Assembly (NCBI GenBank): GCA_044892525.1
Contig: CM097885.1
Span: 33,978,001 to 34,042,000 of the forward strand
Direction of reading: 5' to 3'
DNA from: Schmidtea polychroa
Taxonomy: Eukaryota
Length of the DNA stretch: 64,000 bases
Shown: positions 14,101-49,494 of the stretch, one piece after another
Position numbering within the stretch: position 1 is the first letter of the stretch
Layout of the letters: each line of letters begins with the position of its first letter
The notes under the pieces: generated by a model
The model's database searches: none
What the model saw: the letters and a program-made list of their open reading frames with translations, nothing else
Told to the model about the DNA's origin: nothing
Program-made: the position numbers and the translations under genes

Positions 14101-17100
14101 GTTTGCGAATCATTTTTTGGGAAAAAAAGAAGGGCAGTTGCACTGTCCGTATTCTGGAACAAAGTCAAACTCGGAACTTTTTTTCGATTGCATTATTGCT
14201 CTTTTGACAAAGAAGGATTATGAATGAATTATCAAATCGAATTAATTTAAATTAATAGTTAAACAACATTTTCAATTAGTGTGCAATTATTAAATAACAA
14301 ATATATTTAGAAAATATTAATTATAGCTTGCAACTACTTATTATAGTTAGCAGTTAATATTTATAGTTTGCAATTATTATTTATAGTTAGCATTTATAGT
14401 GTGCAAATACATTAAAATAGCGTGTATTTAAATTGTAGTTATGCAAAAATATATTTTCGGGCATTTATGAAGAAAATGACCGATTAACTGGATTATTGTG
14501 GATCATTGCAGGAACGATGAAAGACAATGTAATTGAAGATCCTATTTTAAATGGGGAAACTGATTTAAAACTTATTTATTATTTACCTAATCTTTGTGTA
14601 TGAGTTCAGGTGCCCAGTTATACCCAAGTTAGTTAGAATCACATCATAATCAATATCAGAACAAGTTTCAGCCCCATCGGTAATCCAAAATGTTCTCATT
14701 TCTTGTTAATTCTTAGAGTTACTGAGTGGACTTCGATTTCGACAATTCTAATCTGGGACACATGATTTCACGAGGTAGAGACGAAAAAACGACTGATTAT
14801 ATCAAATTAATGTTTAGTATGATTCTAGATTACCAAATATATCTCCTCGACAAACTCGAACATATTTATAATTACCCCTTGATGTCAAGGACGCAATGTT
14901 GGCGTTATATTTTATGTTGGGAAATTCCGATGATAAAAAATTATATTATCAATTGTTTTATTAAAATTTCAACAAGCAGGTTTCGATGTGCTTATTAATT
15001 AGTAATTTGTTTATATTAATAAAATCCATTGTAAATTAAATAAACAAGAACTCACGTCATTTCTTATCACTTCTCTGGAATCGGAAAGTAGATCGATAAT
15101 TTTTGATATGGCCATCGGACAACTTAATATGCACTCTTGAGTTTCTTTGTGCAAATTAGTCAGGCAGATTTGAATTAGTTGAATTGATGATCGGCGAATG
15201 AGGAAATCGGAATCCTATTTCAAATTAAACGACCGGACATAAATTGAAAAGTATTAATCAATAAATGATAATTTATTTCAGTGTTGAGCACATTATAGAC
15301 TCTGGCAGTTTTTAGATTTGATATCGAACAGAGGAATTTTTAATACATTGCAAGAGGTAATAACCATAATATGAATGTGGAGAAGTATAAATAGTGTAAT
15401 TTGTGTAACGGTTTCTAATGGTGTATGCACGAAACCTCTTAATGACAACATTGATCATTTCAGTAGGAAAACAAAAACCAAAAAATAAGTATTGCTGATT
15501 TTAAGATATTGTCGAAGAGTTTGAGTAATTACTGAAGCGATATTCTCATCGAATTATAATTAATCAGTGATACAAGAGCAACCGGGAAAAAGGAGAGACT
15601 TAACACTTTCGCAGACAGAAATTTATTTCTTTATGCCAATGCGGTTTATATGTAGGCCTGCAATGAACTTTTTGAAAAAACCGGGACACAAAAACAAATT
15701 AATTATAAAATATATTTATTAACAATAAATTCTTAATTTTGATACTTTTCTTGTGAGTGAATCATTTCAAGCAACTGAATGTTTGATTTAATTTTCTTGT
15801 AAAACTCACTACAAATAATTTTTGAGTTATATTGTAGACTTTCCTTTTGATCGGTCCATGCTTGATTAATCAACGAAAATAAACGTTCAACTTCCATTGG
15901 TGTTCCTGGGATGCATAAAGCAAATTCAACTAATCTCTCCATATTAGTCAGGCACATTGAATTTTATCGAAAATGAAAGAAAATTTCAGCCCAAATTTTT
16001 GCAGTACTTGTGGAAAGCACATATGGATTTCTTTTCGTTCGTAAAAATTAGCATTTGATTATAATCATCGAAGAGCAAATCTTGATTTATTATTGCAGAA
16101 CTTGCACCGTTTTTTTGAATTCATGCTGATAGAAGAATATGATTTAAGTAATTATGCGTTTTATTATCGTTTAATCATTGAATCATTGATTAAACGATAA
16201 TAAATGGTATAATTACTTAAAGTATATTCTTCTATCAGCATGAATTCAAAAAAGTAACTTACACCTTTAACAGCCTTATTAAGTAATTTTACGATAAATT
16301 TTCTGATTTTTCTTGCAAAATATTGAAAATTATACTCTTTTCACAACTTTTTTTGATAACACTGGAAAAACTGAGGCAGTGAAAATTTTTTAAAATTAAA
16401 CGTTATTTTTATTTAGAATTTTTTAAAACAAAATACGTTAAAATATTTTCAACATTTTGTTATGAAAAATAATCTGCGAAATATAGTGAAAAACTTTTTG
16501 AATAATTTTCAAAATCCGGGACAAATTGTCTTAAACGCAGGACACTGTGCAAGTCTAAAAAATCCGGGACAGTCGCGGTCAAAAGGCAGCAGATTGTAGG
16601 ACTATTTATATGTTACACAAACAATCTACTATTATGTATTTCAGTGTTCCCCGAATCTTTTAGCTTGGCAACCTGAAAAACGCAAAAATATCAATACTTC
16701 TTCATTTCTTTTGAGAATAGTTATTACAGCTTTGAAATATGCAATTGAAACCCGCAATCAGTTGATAAAATATTACAACTACAGTTTTGGTTTCCCGGAT
16801 GAAATGAATACGGAAACGTAGGTCAAAGAAATTGAAATTATTGAAAGTGAAGACCTTTTTGTCAATGTTACCATTGAAAATTAAATATAGTTATCATTTT
16901 ATTTCGCTTTTCTGTGCTTCTAATATGGAGCAGTGTATCGATAGTTTAAATGGAAAAAAACGTATCCATCACTTTTCAAATGTAGCTTTAAAATAAATGA
17001 ATTTTTAACAATCATGTCCAATAAATACATTCAGGGTGTCACTGGGTAACCTGGAGCATCATTTAATTATAGCCATAAAAATTTACTGTTGAACTGCGTT

Positions 17101-18284
17101 GTTAATTAGTAAATTAGTTCAATTGATAAAGGTAATGAAATTTGGGAGATCACGGACTTCTGGTTTAATCATATATCGATTTTAATTATTAATAATGCGT
17201 AATCATCTCCCATCTAAGGCCAGCAACTTATTAATAATAAAACAAATTTTTTTGACCTAATTATCATAACAATTGGAATTAATATATAAAATTAACAAAT
17301 TGCTCGTAAAGAGTCTTAACTACTTCTAATTATTATAATTAGACATGGATACAGGGAATTACATGATGGGTTTAAAGTGTTAATGGAAAATAATGGCGTT
17401 TTAAAGTATCACCATGCAACTTTCAATCTATAAGCTACCAAATCAAATAAGTTTAATAATCTTTGCTTTAATACATGTATAACCTTTTAAATCAGTAAAT
17501 AATTTATTATTCTTTCACATCTTCTGGCGTGAGTGGGCAGTGGCTAATGTTTCAATTGATTTTATATATCAGTATATATTATGTAATAAAATGTAATAAT
17601 AAAATTTTCATTTGAAATAGTAAACTCATATTTGATAAATATTTGATTTTAACTTTATTATGTCATCAAAGTAATTAAATAATTAGCTGATTAAAAATAA
17701 ATTCTTTATATTACCTCAAGAAACATTAAAATAAGATCAATATTGTCTCTTTTATGGATAAACATTTCTGTAAACTGACAACCCAAACCGGAAGGAATAT
17801 TTACAAGGCGGTGTGCATCAACTAATAATTTATTATAATATAATTTTTGAAAGAATGGTATTTACTATCATCTTCATTTATTTCTTCATTCATTATATTG
17901 TATAACGTGTCGATAGCATATAATACTAAATCAGCATCATCTCTACATATTTATATTTATAAAGAAAAATAATTTTATTTCACCTTTCAGCGGATAAAAC
18001 AGATAAAAGTGGATGCATTGCCTGAGTTCCAACTTCTAATCTGTATGACTATATATTTATAGTAATTTTATTAGTATTATTAGTTAAACCTTTGATAGAG
18101 ATTTTAATGCTCGAACAGCATCTCTTCGATCTTCCAAAAGAGTTGAAGTAGAGATTCTATCAACTAATTTTTCTATCTAATACGAAATATTAATTATTAT
18201 TGAACTATTTATGCATACTGTGTCAGCATCTGCATCTGAATGACTTCCATCATCAGCAGTGAGATATTTTCGAAAATAATCCAT
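1948..18284 (-). CDS. USO1: General vesicular transport factor p115 (USO1), 13 exons, about 731 codons; 3' end not found in window
   Basis: Exons 18219-18284, 18090-18176, 17984-18048, 17866-17942, 17715-17821, 15056-15214, 11495-11806, 8973-9357, 8673-8902, 4384-4625, 4156-4337, 3983-4110, 1948-2101. All introns are GT-AG and phase-consistent. Peptides match recalled p115 motifs: STLLEDRRDAVRALKSLSK, YRLEVGTQAM, DLLSDSREVIRND, NIQKIVAFEN, DGGVIVEDCL, LMLLCTWLSNCP, FDYEFTRLF, then the start of a coiled coil. Confidence 0.95.
3983..4625 (-). CDS. USO1: USO1 exons 10-12 (4384-4625, 4156-4337, 3983-4110)
   Basis: GILMLLCTWLSNCP, GLSAMLLGICI, LIFDYEFTRLFRSLE, HEHVVMQYKDLIKNQ; 46- and 45-nt introns. 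Confidence 0.92.
4721..5002. mobile_element. Non-autonomous hAT (Charlie-type) MITE
   Basis: TIRs CAGTGATTCTCAACC ... GGTTAGAATCACTG; flanks ctcttgac / gtctagac (8-bp TSD with 2 mismatches). Confidence 0.75.
5011..6120 (+). mobile_element. Decayed hAT (Charlie/SPIN, GTF2IRD2-like) transposase
   Basis: From 5312: MKKRNPAIDSKRDFNEHWGNELLFI...KPFCIVC; YHCIIHQEAL near 5926; multiple stops and frameshifts; hAT-like left end CATAAGATGGCCAAACC. Confidence 0.75.
8673..9357 (-). CDS. USO1: USO1 exons 8-9 (8973-9357, 8673-8902)
   Basis: SGVPPQLLTKTVLTVADVMRG, LRCYVLYCFQCFLHKN, SGKLLCVGLFS, LKEELLKVQLAT; 70-nt phase-1 intron. Confidence 0.92.
10720..11002 (+). mobile_element. Short non-autonomous Helitron-like element
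   Basis: 3' hairpin CCGTCA-tgct-TGACGG (10974-10989), 9 nt before CTAG|T; 5' end approximate. Confidence 0.5.
11148..11383. mobile_element. Stowaway-like Tc1/mariner MITE
   Basis: 30-bp TIRs CTCCCTCTGTCCCAAAATGATAGTCCAGTT / AACTGGACTATTATTTTTGGATAGAGGGAG; TA on both sides. Confidence 0.85.
11495..11806 (-). CDS. USO1: USO1 exon 7
   Basis: SLLLLIDLVRGNTNIQKIVAFENTFDKLL...DGGVIVEDCL...WSPQKLANVQLMLE; inside ORF 11405..11833. Confidence 0.94.
15056..15214 (-). CDS. USO1: USO1 exon 6
   Basis: DSDFLIRRSSIQLIQICLTNLHKETQECILSCPMAISKIIDLLSDSREVIRND, bounded by AG and GTGAG. Confidence 0.93.
15653..16604 (-). mobile_element. Internally deleted hAT element with a transposase C-terminal remnant
   Basis: Perfect 8-bp TSD TTTATATG; TIRs TAGGCCTGCAAT / ATTGTAGGACTA; subterminal CCGGGAC repeats; ORF 15733..15957 (LVEFALCIPGTPMEVERLFS) resembles the hAT dimerization domain. 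Confidence 0.88.
17715..18284 (-). CDS. USO1: USO1 exons 1-5 (N-terminus), separated by 41-44 nt introns
   Basis: MDYFRKYLTADDGSHSDADADT|IEKLVDRISTSTLLEDRRDAVRALKSLSK|SYRLEVGTQAMHPLLSVLSAER|DDADLVLYAIDTLYNIM...|LGCQFTEMFIHKRDNIDLILMFLE. Absent from the ORF track because the exons are short. Confidence 0.93.
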
Positions 18285-19442
18285 TGTAAGGTTTTGGTAA
18301 ATTTATTTTAAAATTTGAGAAAAGTACTAAAATTGTTGTTAGAAATAAGTAAACAAAATACGAAAATATAATAAAATATTTTAATCTGAAAAAATTTAAA
18401 CTTTAAATAATAACTATCAAAACGTAGTGTTTTTTGATTATTCAAACAAATATTTGAAGTCAATTAAAGTTTTAATAAAATTTGGAAAAATAAAAAAAAT
18501 AGATTTCATTAAAAAAGATATTTTTTCAAAATAAAATTACCTATATTTTTGTTCTATGGTAACCTCTTTTTTATCGTTAAAATTTCATTTATTTTCATTT
18601 AGATTTCAATCGTATATCAATGTTTTTATTTATTTAGATGTTCCTTAACATTTCCCTTTTTTGAGTTATTAAATACGTTCGGCCTAAAATAAATAAAACC
18701 AACATTATCCAACAGAAATAAGTATTATTTCCAAAATTTTAGTTTTAAAGAATCAATTGCCAATATTTAAAAATTAAGCTTGAATATATTTTTTATTATA
18801 CTGTTAAGGTAATCGGTGAAATGTGAAATTAAAAATTATAATTCTGACTTCGAAGTGTGTGTCTCGGTTAACAACAGTAATTCCAGGCTATATAATCTTT
18901 TATTGATAAACACAGTTTATTACCAATTTACAACGACACCACTAATTCTATATTTCAACAATGACTTTGAGTGTTTATTGCAATTTATTCACAGCCACAT
19001 AACTACTATTTCTATTTTCAGCAATCGTAGAACCTAACTATTTGCTTTTTTGGCTTTAAATTTATATCCACGATTAATAACTTTAATAATTTGTTCTGAA
19101 TTTCAGATTTTACAATGTTTTTTCGACAATAATTTCATGACTCGCATTCATAAAACGAGAATCAATCGATTAAAATAGACTGTAAAATACTCAGTAAAAT
19201 ACTCTGCAATTATCATATTGTGTTGAACAATATGTTATTGGTCAAAGATTCTCAGTAAAATGTATTGTGCAGCAAAATCTAAAAACGCCAAATACAATTT
19301 TTACAAAGATGTGCAATTAGTAATTCCAATAAAAATGGAACAGCTCAAATCTACTCGATATACTTATCGAGAAATTGATTAAACCAATAATGATCAATAT
19401 ATTTTATCAATTAGTCTTATGTACATACGCATAGTACTAATA

Positions 19443-19697
19443 CAGTGATGGCCATCAAGTTGATCGCTGAGCTATTTTTGGTCGATCTCAAAGTATTTGA
19501 AAGTTATGCCATTTCTTAAAATTTCTTAATTTGTCAAAAAAAAGTATTTAATCAAAACATTTTAAGTTCTTTCTGTAAATCAATAATTTTATTTTATAAC
19601 TTTATTTATTTACTCGTTCTTTTATTAACTTGGTAGATCAGTATTTACTTAATAATGCTAAAGTCAATTGCAAGTTAAAACAAGTTGGCCACCCTTG
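19443..19697. mobile_element. hAT MITE
   Basis: Perfect 8-bp TSD TACTAATA; TIRs CAGTGATGGCCA / TGGCCACCCTTG. Confidence 0.82.
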
Positions 19698-20534
19698 TAC
19701 TAATATTTCTAAACTTGATCATTGATGTTTTAACCATTCGATATTTGCATACTTGCTATCAATGCATAAATCATTATGAATATTGCTGCCGCCTCAATAA
19801 GTAAAGAAAAGTCGATGAAGAAAGTTTTAGATTTATATATAAATTAAAAAAAAATTAATTGTAAATTTTATCCATTGAGTTAGGTTGAAACCGCAGTGCC
19901 ATAACTACTATCAATACAATACTATCATATAGCTAAGTACAAAATGAATAATGAAAAATAAGTATAATTAAATATAAGAAAAATAATAATTTATTCCAAA
20001 TCAGTTTTCAAATTTCGATTCCAAGGATAGTGGCTAATAGAAACTAATAAAAGAATGTATTCAAAATACAGTGCTGTAACATACAGCATGGATCTTCTAT
20101 GGATCAGGGATAAACAGATTTCAAACCGATATTCAATGCCAAACAAGTTATTACAAAGAAATTACTTTACAAAATATTTTTAAGGTTATTAATAAAAAAA
20201 ATCAACTATTAAATTTCAATTTAAAATTACCGAAAAATTTGTAATTCATTCGGTTGCGTAACCTGAATAAAGAAAGATATAGAAATTTTGTACAATTTGA
20301 TGGATTAAATTATTCAGCAAGAAAAAAACTATTTTGCAAAATTATTTAATTGGGATATATTATTAGTAACAAAGTGGAAATAGGTCATAAAGTAGGTGAA
20401 CTGACTACAATTTCTGTGATTCATAGAAAACATAGAAATTGGAAAGAGTAAAATATTGTACTTAGTATTCTAAAATTATTTTTTTAAAGTAAATTTCTAT
20501 TAGTTACATTATTTTATTTGATTATAAATTTTAG

Positions 20535-42558
<22,024 letters not shown>

Positions 42559-42575
42559 GTTAATCTAATTTTAGG

Positions 42576-42576
<1 letters not shown>

Positions 42577-42660
<84 letters not shown>
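42577..42660. repeat. (TA)n microsatellite
   Basis: Direct reading. Confidence 0.98.
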
Positions 42661-42665
<5 letters not shown>

Positions 42666-43166
42666 ATTTAATAATAAAAATCTACATCCATATTTATTCT
42701 AAAATTTGACAATAATGCCAAGAAACATTGAATAGGAAGATTATTTACTTATTTTGTCCAGACTATTACTACCGTGTACATTTAATTTGGGTACTATTAG
42801 TAATCAGAGGTTATTGTTCATATATATAAATATATTTTATATAAAGTTCACCATTCACAAGGTTTCAATTCACGTTTTCTAAACTTAGTTATTTTCAGAA
42901 ACTTTAGTCAATAAAACGTAAAAAGGCTGTTTAAAATTTGGGAAAATGACGATGAGATGTATAATAGAAACCAGGAATGAATTTTGTCTGATTTTTGGTG
43001 GTATTGACATTTTAGTAATAATGACATTTGTCGAGACCGATTAGACATTTTAGGCGGTCAAATAAATATTTATAAAAACAAATTTCAACCAAATTATTAG
43101 CAGATGCAGAAATTGTCTTTCAAATCAAATGCGACTCCATACGAGGAAGAACGAGGAATTTATTAT

Positions 43167-43613
43167 TAGGGCCGTAACAAGGGTGGTGCGAGCGGTGCAA
43201 TCACACAGGGCGCACATCTGAAAGGGGCGCAAAATTGGAATGTAACATTTTTTTAATGTTACCAAAAAATAACAAAATATAAATAAAAGAAATTATCAAA
43301 TGGCCGGCACGAAAAAAACGACACACTAACTAGTCTATCTTTAACATTGCTGATTGGACTGGTCCATTAGCGCGCCTTCGTAGGTGTGTATTTTGAAAAA
43401 TGTTAGTCCACAAAATGGGTTCCTGTCATTTTTTCAATTAGCAACAGAATTATAAGAGCATTACTACCTATTAAAATAGCTGGAGATGAATACATAGTTA
43501 ACAATCTCAACATGACTATTATAATTATTATAGTAGGCTGAATTGAATTCGGGTTTTAGGGGCGCCAGATATATGAACCTCACAGGGCGTAATAATGCCT
43601 TGTTACGGCCCTA
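43167..43613. mobile_element. hAT MITE
   Basis: Perfect 16-bp TIR TAGGGCCGTAACAAGG; perfect 8-bp TSD TTTATTAT; subterminal GGGCGC repeats. Confidence 0.9.
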
Positions 43614-44289
43614 TTTATTATTGTACATATAATCCAAATACAAAATGTTAGTAAGAATGGTGAAGGATGCGGTTTCCGGATACTTTTTTTAGTAGTGAGT
43701 TGTGAGCCTGTAAGAACAAGGACCTTAATGGTCATGGTTTTTTGAAGAATAAATTCAATCTTTCATCGCATGAGTCATTCTTTCGGAGATCAGAGAAGTA
43801 TGAGTCAGCATTATAAGGTTTTCCAAGTCAATTAATCAAAGAAATTGGCTCAATGCCAAATAAGGATTTATTTTTAAAATAATGAAAACACTTTTCATAA
43901 TAATATTTTAAATTTTGTTCAAATATTATCTTATAGAGAATTAACATCCCTACAACTTTGTAGCTGATGATCTTTCGGTTAGATAACTTGTTAATGACGA
44001 AAGCCTAGTTTAAAATTTTATTTTGCGTTTTGAAGTATGACCAATGCATCAAATTATAAAATTAAAATCACTATCCTATAGTGAATTTATTTCTCTACGA
44101 TATTTATGTAAATCATATTTTGATTAGAGAAATATTTGAGTATGATAAGTATAAAGTTTATTTTAAGCTGCATTAAAAGAACGATTTTCTAATTAGCTAG
44201 CCCCATCTTGTTCTTCTGTTATTCAATTATTTTATATAAAATTATACGGTAAATAAATTTTATTACAAAAAAGTAATAAGCTGACATGA

Positions 44290-45300
44290 TATTTGATTTT
44301 ATCTCCTTCAAATTACCGTCCTTGGCTAGCAACGCACTTAACCAAACACTGAATCCATTTCTGGAAGACTTCTTTCGGAAGAGATTTCAGCTGCTCGGTC
44401 ATTTCCCTCTCAATGTCAAGAATGGTGTCAAAATGTTTCCCTTTAAGCACAATTTTAATTTTTGCGAAGAGCCAGGAGTCGCGTGGTGCTAAATCCGGTG
44501 AGTAAGGCGGATATGGAGAGATAGGGACACTTTCTGTTCAAAAACAAGCGAATCAGAAGCGAAATGTGGCACTCGTACATCGTTTCGCAATCGTTACAGT
44601 ACGCCCTTGTTAAATTTTGAATTTACTGGTGTTCCCCTTGGAACGTACTATGCCTTCATTATCGAAAAAACAATGAGAATGACCTTGAAGTTCGATTTTG
44701 ACTGACGTGCCTTTTTAGGACGAGGAGAGTCAGGAGTTTTCCTTTGAGAACTTTGCATTTTCGTCTCAGGGTCATAGGCATATACCCAACTTTCATCTCC
44801 AGTTACAATTTAGGCCATGAAGTCCGGATCTGCATTAAGACGATACTGCTAATCTATGCAAACTGACACACGATTTTCCTTCTGTTCATCACTTAAAAGC
44901 TTGGGGACAAATTTTGCACTCGGCTCATTTGCAAATTATCGGTTAAAATGCCTTCCGAGATGTTAAGTTCTTCGGTAAGCTCTAGAATAGTCATTCGTCT
45001 GTTTGCACAAACAATTGTTGCCACTTTTTGCACATTTTTTTCTTTTTTGAGGTTAATGGACGTTCTGAATGCTGCTCGTCTTCAACCGATTAATTTCCTT
45101 TTTAAATCGTTCGTACCACTTGTAAACAGTCTTCAGAGTTACCACATTATCGTCACACACCAATTTTAACATTTCATGAGCTTCTTTGGCACTCTTTTGC
45201 AACTTAAAACAAAACTTAATGTTAATGTGTTGTTCAAAATCCACGATGCACGACAGGACACGGTCAACACAACCTAACTTTAGTGGCTCTGACAGCTGAT
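44290..45300 (-). mobile_element. Decayed mariner transposase
   Basis: MDFEQHINIKFCFKLQKSAKEAHEML (HTH), IVTGDESWVYAYDPETK, PPYSPDLAPRDSWLF; frameshifts and deletions. Confidence 0.9.
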
Positions 45301-46021
45301 TGACAAGTTAGAACGTGGATCAGACTATCGGACAGATTATATCAAAAAGACTGCCGAAAATTGGTTAATATCAAAATAAATCTGCGATATCTTTTCTGAT
45401 TCATAGTCAAAGATTTTCCAATAAATACAATGTCGATTGAAAAGAAATCAGAGGTGAAAATTGAAAAAAGTTCTTATAATATTTTAAAAATCATATTAAA
45501 TTATTATCATGAATAAAATTAGGAATTTAAATCATCCTAATATTAATGACAATACAATAATTGTGTGATGTTCACAGATTTCATATAAACAATTTTCCAG
45601 TGCTTATTCACTGACTTAATCACATCAATATATTGCACTTCTTGACAGTCTCTACATATTTCCCCAGACAACTTTCAGAGATAATAAACAAACACGAAGA
45701 TATTCATTATCCAATGTAATAATAAATTGTAATTTTTTCAAAAAATGTAACAATCATATTTTTTAATTAATCATCACGAGTTTCTTGTAATAAGACATTA
45801 GTTTGAATTTTCTATTTTTTGCAAGTCATTGAAGGAAAATTTAATTATAATATTTTGACGGAATGTTTGAATCTTGTAATTTTTTTCGGAAAATTCTCTT
45901 CATGGTTTATATTTATTACTTATTATTTATTATTAATCGAACAATTAGATTTACTACTGTGGTTTATTTATTTTTTCTACCCAATATTGAAAAATAAATA
46001 GAAACTTAGTAGGGTTTAGAT

Positions 46022-47100
46022 CAGAGGTTGGCAACCTACGGCCTACGGATCGCACGCGGCCCACCGAAGTACCAAAATAATTTTAGTAAAAATAAACAAA
46101 CTTGGAGCGTAAGCGTGCTGAAATGTGGTTGGTGAAAAATGCGCACTAACAGAAGCATAGTAAATAGCTATTTTACTGCGCAAGTATAATCCCATCGACT
46201 ACGACGTTCGCTTAACAAGTGTAACATTCTTTTTCCAGTTTACCAGTTCGCTATTTCACATTGACAATCGTATGACATTTCACTACAAAAGTTAATAAAT
46301 ACATTTTATATGGTTCAAAGGTAAAATGGAGCACTTGCCTTTTTTTGAACAAAAATCATTTTTAAAAGTCAACATTTTTTAAAGAATATTTAAATTGATA
46401 AGAAATTTTGGATAAAATTAATTTGTTAAATTATGATGAAATTACATCATGAGAAAAAAACTCGTTTAAACATTTATATTTTTTAAAATTGTCATATTAG
46501 TTGAGTTCTTTCTTATGATGTAATTTCATCATAATTTAACAAATTAATTTTATCCAAAATTTCTTATCTTTCTTAATATAATTTTTATCAATTTAAAAAA
46601 AAAATAATTTTGATAATATATTGTTTAAAAAAGTCCGGTACTCTTTTCGACCTTTAGGCCCGTTATTTTAAAACTATTTATTATTTAATTTTTTATATTA
46701 TTGATAAAATTCATTATTTATTGTGGGAAAAATGATTAAAATACCAAAGAAAAGAAAGATTATTGAGGAAAACCGCGAATTTAATGAAAAGTGGGCTTTT
46801 TATTATTTCTTTATTAATAATTACAATAAAGCACTATGCTTAATTTGCAAAGAATCTATGAGTGTGTTCAAAGAATTTAATTTTCGTCGCCACTACGAAA
46901 TGAAACATAAAAAGGAATATGATAAATTTGAATCGCAATTCAGACAAAGTAAAATTGATTCTTTACAGAAATCATTTGAAGCACAACAAGACACCTTTAA
47001 AAATGTAAGGAACAAAGGTTAGCATTGGTTAAAACGTCCTTGCATATTTCAAAATTAATTGCTGAACAAAACAACACTAATTTGCTGAACAGTTACAACA
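46022..47100 (+). mobile_element. Left part of a hAT (Charlie/SPIN-like) element, truncated
   Basis: Left end CAGAGGTTGGCAACCTACGGCC; ORF 46723..47022 KRKIIEENREFNEKW..YFF...KALCLICKE...FRRHYEMKH. Confidence 0.85.
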
Positions 47101-47181
47101 CTATGTTAATGAATTAAAAATTTAACCTTTCAGGCCAATTTTAAAAATTTTATTAATTTTTGTTGTATCAACATTTTTACG

Positions 47182-48061
47182 TGTTAGGTTACTAACTTTT
47201 TTATAAAAGGTGAAAAAATTTAATGATCACATTAATGAAAAGAATAAGTATAAAATAATATAAGCATATATCCGTCTTCAGAACAAGCGAAAGCTAATCT
47301 TTGTTTTGTGGCTGTGTGACAAAGAAAAGAGTAAGTACTCCAGTTTTCCTTTGGACAATTATGTAGGTTCGTTAGCCAAAATAAGGGAAAAGCGGTATCT
47401 TGACAGCTTGTCAAAGATAGCGGAATTGCCGGGAGAAGGCGGCTTAACAAAAAAGGAAAAGGGAAAAATATCTCGACATCTCTCAGAGATAAACTGGGAA
47501 CAGTCGGGAAATGCAGGAGAAAGAAAAGTGGAAAACATTTGATTAACTCTAGTGCCAGAAATAAAACAAGCTATATAAAGAGAAACTGGTGGACACAAAT
47601 TGAGGCGAAAAGTGAAAGAGAAAACCGAGACAAATTTGGGAGAAGAAAATAGAGACAAAAATTTAGACGACAAATTAGACAGTTATTGGGAAAACTATTT
47701 GGGAAGAATAATTATAAAGAAAATAATTGTGAAGGATAATTTTTGGAGAAGATTTGAAGAAAAGAATTAGTTGAAAAATTAAACGAAAAGAAGTTACTTG
47801 AGTATTTGAACAAAGTTGTGAAGAAGGTCAAAGAAAACAACCAGCTCAAAGTCCCAGTTGATAAACCAATTAGTGATCTTTCAATCCGATGTTATACGCA
47901 AGTGCTATTTCTCACTGAGTGTTGTAATAAGCATTGTATAGTCACGAAGCAGAGTGTTTAATTTATTGTCAGTGTAAAGTGAAGGTTATTTGTAATTACC
48001 AATAAAGATTTCTGTTGTCAAGTGTTATTCGTGGATCAGTCAGACACCCAATAACCCAACA
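47182..48061 (+). mobile_element. Probable solo LTR
   Basis: Inverted termini TGTTAGGTTA / TAACCCAACA; AATAAA at 48001; no TSD seen. Confidence 0.5.
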
Positions 48062-49494
48062 AAATTGTGGCATTTGCCTCAATTTATTAATTTAATACAA
48101 ATTGAAACAATTTTTTCCGATATCAATTGTTTTGCGACAATGATAAAACTAAAAAGATTCCAAAAATAAGACAATTGATTGTTTTAATTTTAACAAATTT
48201 TTAACTAATAAATTAGTATTTCCGTAATTTACATGTATTAATGCGAACAAACATAAGTGTTTTAAGACAATTTTTAAAAACTTTGTCTTCATAATAAGTA
48301 TTGCAATATTTTGTGCTTTGCCATACAAAATCAATATTTAGCAATTCAATGGTAAAAACAAAATATTTAAAATTAAATATTCATAAACCGCACATGTAAA
48401 TTATGTTAGACTTTTGATTTAGTTAATTAAATAAAAATATTAAAAATGTGTTTAATAGATCTTATTTATTGAAATGGGACTTGAAATGTAAAATATTGTT
48501 TTAATTAACATTTTAGTACTTAATGAAATAAGTGTGCAAATGTTTATTTACAGATAAAAGAATTTTTTCTTTTATGACTAAATATCAAACCTTATGATAT
48601 TATTCATAAATCTGATGACATCAAAAGACTTTCAGGAAAATAGTTTCGACTGATAATACTTTGATAATACTTTGAAGAGAGAAAAATTTTGATTTATTTT
48701 ATAATTTGATTAATTTGTTCAATTAAATATTCTAAACATCTGCTTACTAAGACGATATATTTTAATTTAATTCAATATTTATTATTTTTTCTTAAAATTC
48801 ATTATTTCTTTCATTTGTAATAATTAAATATATTTTATGAAGTTTATTATACTTGACAAAAATAAAATTCTTTCGAGAGACCATGCTTAGTCAAAACTGT
48901 TACACGAATGAAATTTTTTAAAAATTCATAAATACATTGAAAATATATAGTTCATTTCGCTCAAATTCTACAAAGAATAATCTGTTTTTGTTTCTAACCA
49001 CTTCTGTGGTCAGTACCCGGTGACTAATTGTTCTCGAAAGATCAAATTACGACACGTGTCACTCAACGCGCGCGATGCGTTCTATAGACTGGTGGAAAAT
49101 GACCCGAGCTGTTCTCGAGCAAATCACTATAAAAAGTTTCGTGTACGATTTTCCCGAATTCAGTTCGAGCAAATCACACTAGGGGTTAATATTGGAAATT
49201 TTAATAATTGCATTTTTTATAAAATGTTTTATCTCATAAAAGTTAACGCCGTCTAGGTAGTAGTGGCGAACCGTTTTGTGTACGCGTGCCAAAAATTTAT
49301 AAACAATATTTTCCTGGTTGCTGAGAAATACCGAGTATCTCTAGATGATTGATATAATTAATATAAATTAGTGAACTAATTAGAAATTTAATTTTATGAA
49401 AACAAAAACAATTTCGTTTTATGATTTTATATATTTACAACATATAGACATTCAATGAGATTGTTTTATAAGTACTTAAATAAACACGATATAG

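Noticed and set aside
48612..48650. CTGATGA...GAAA as another hammerhead (also CTGATGA at about 43965 and 10002)
   Set aside because: No pairable stem II or properly placed GAAA and NUH.
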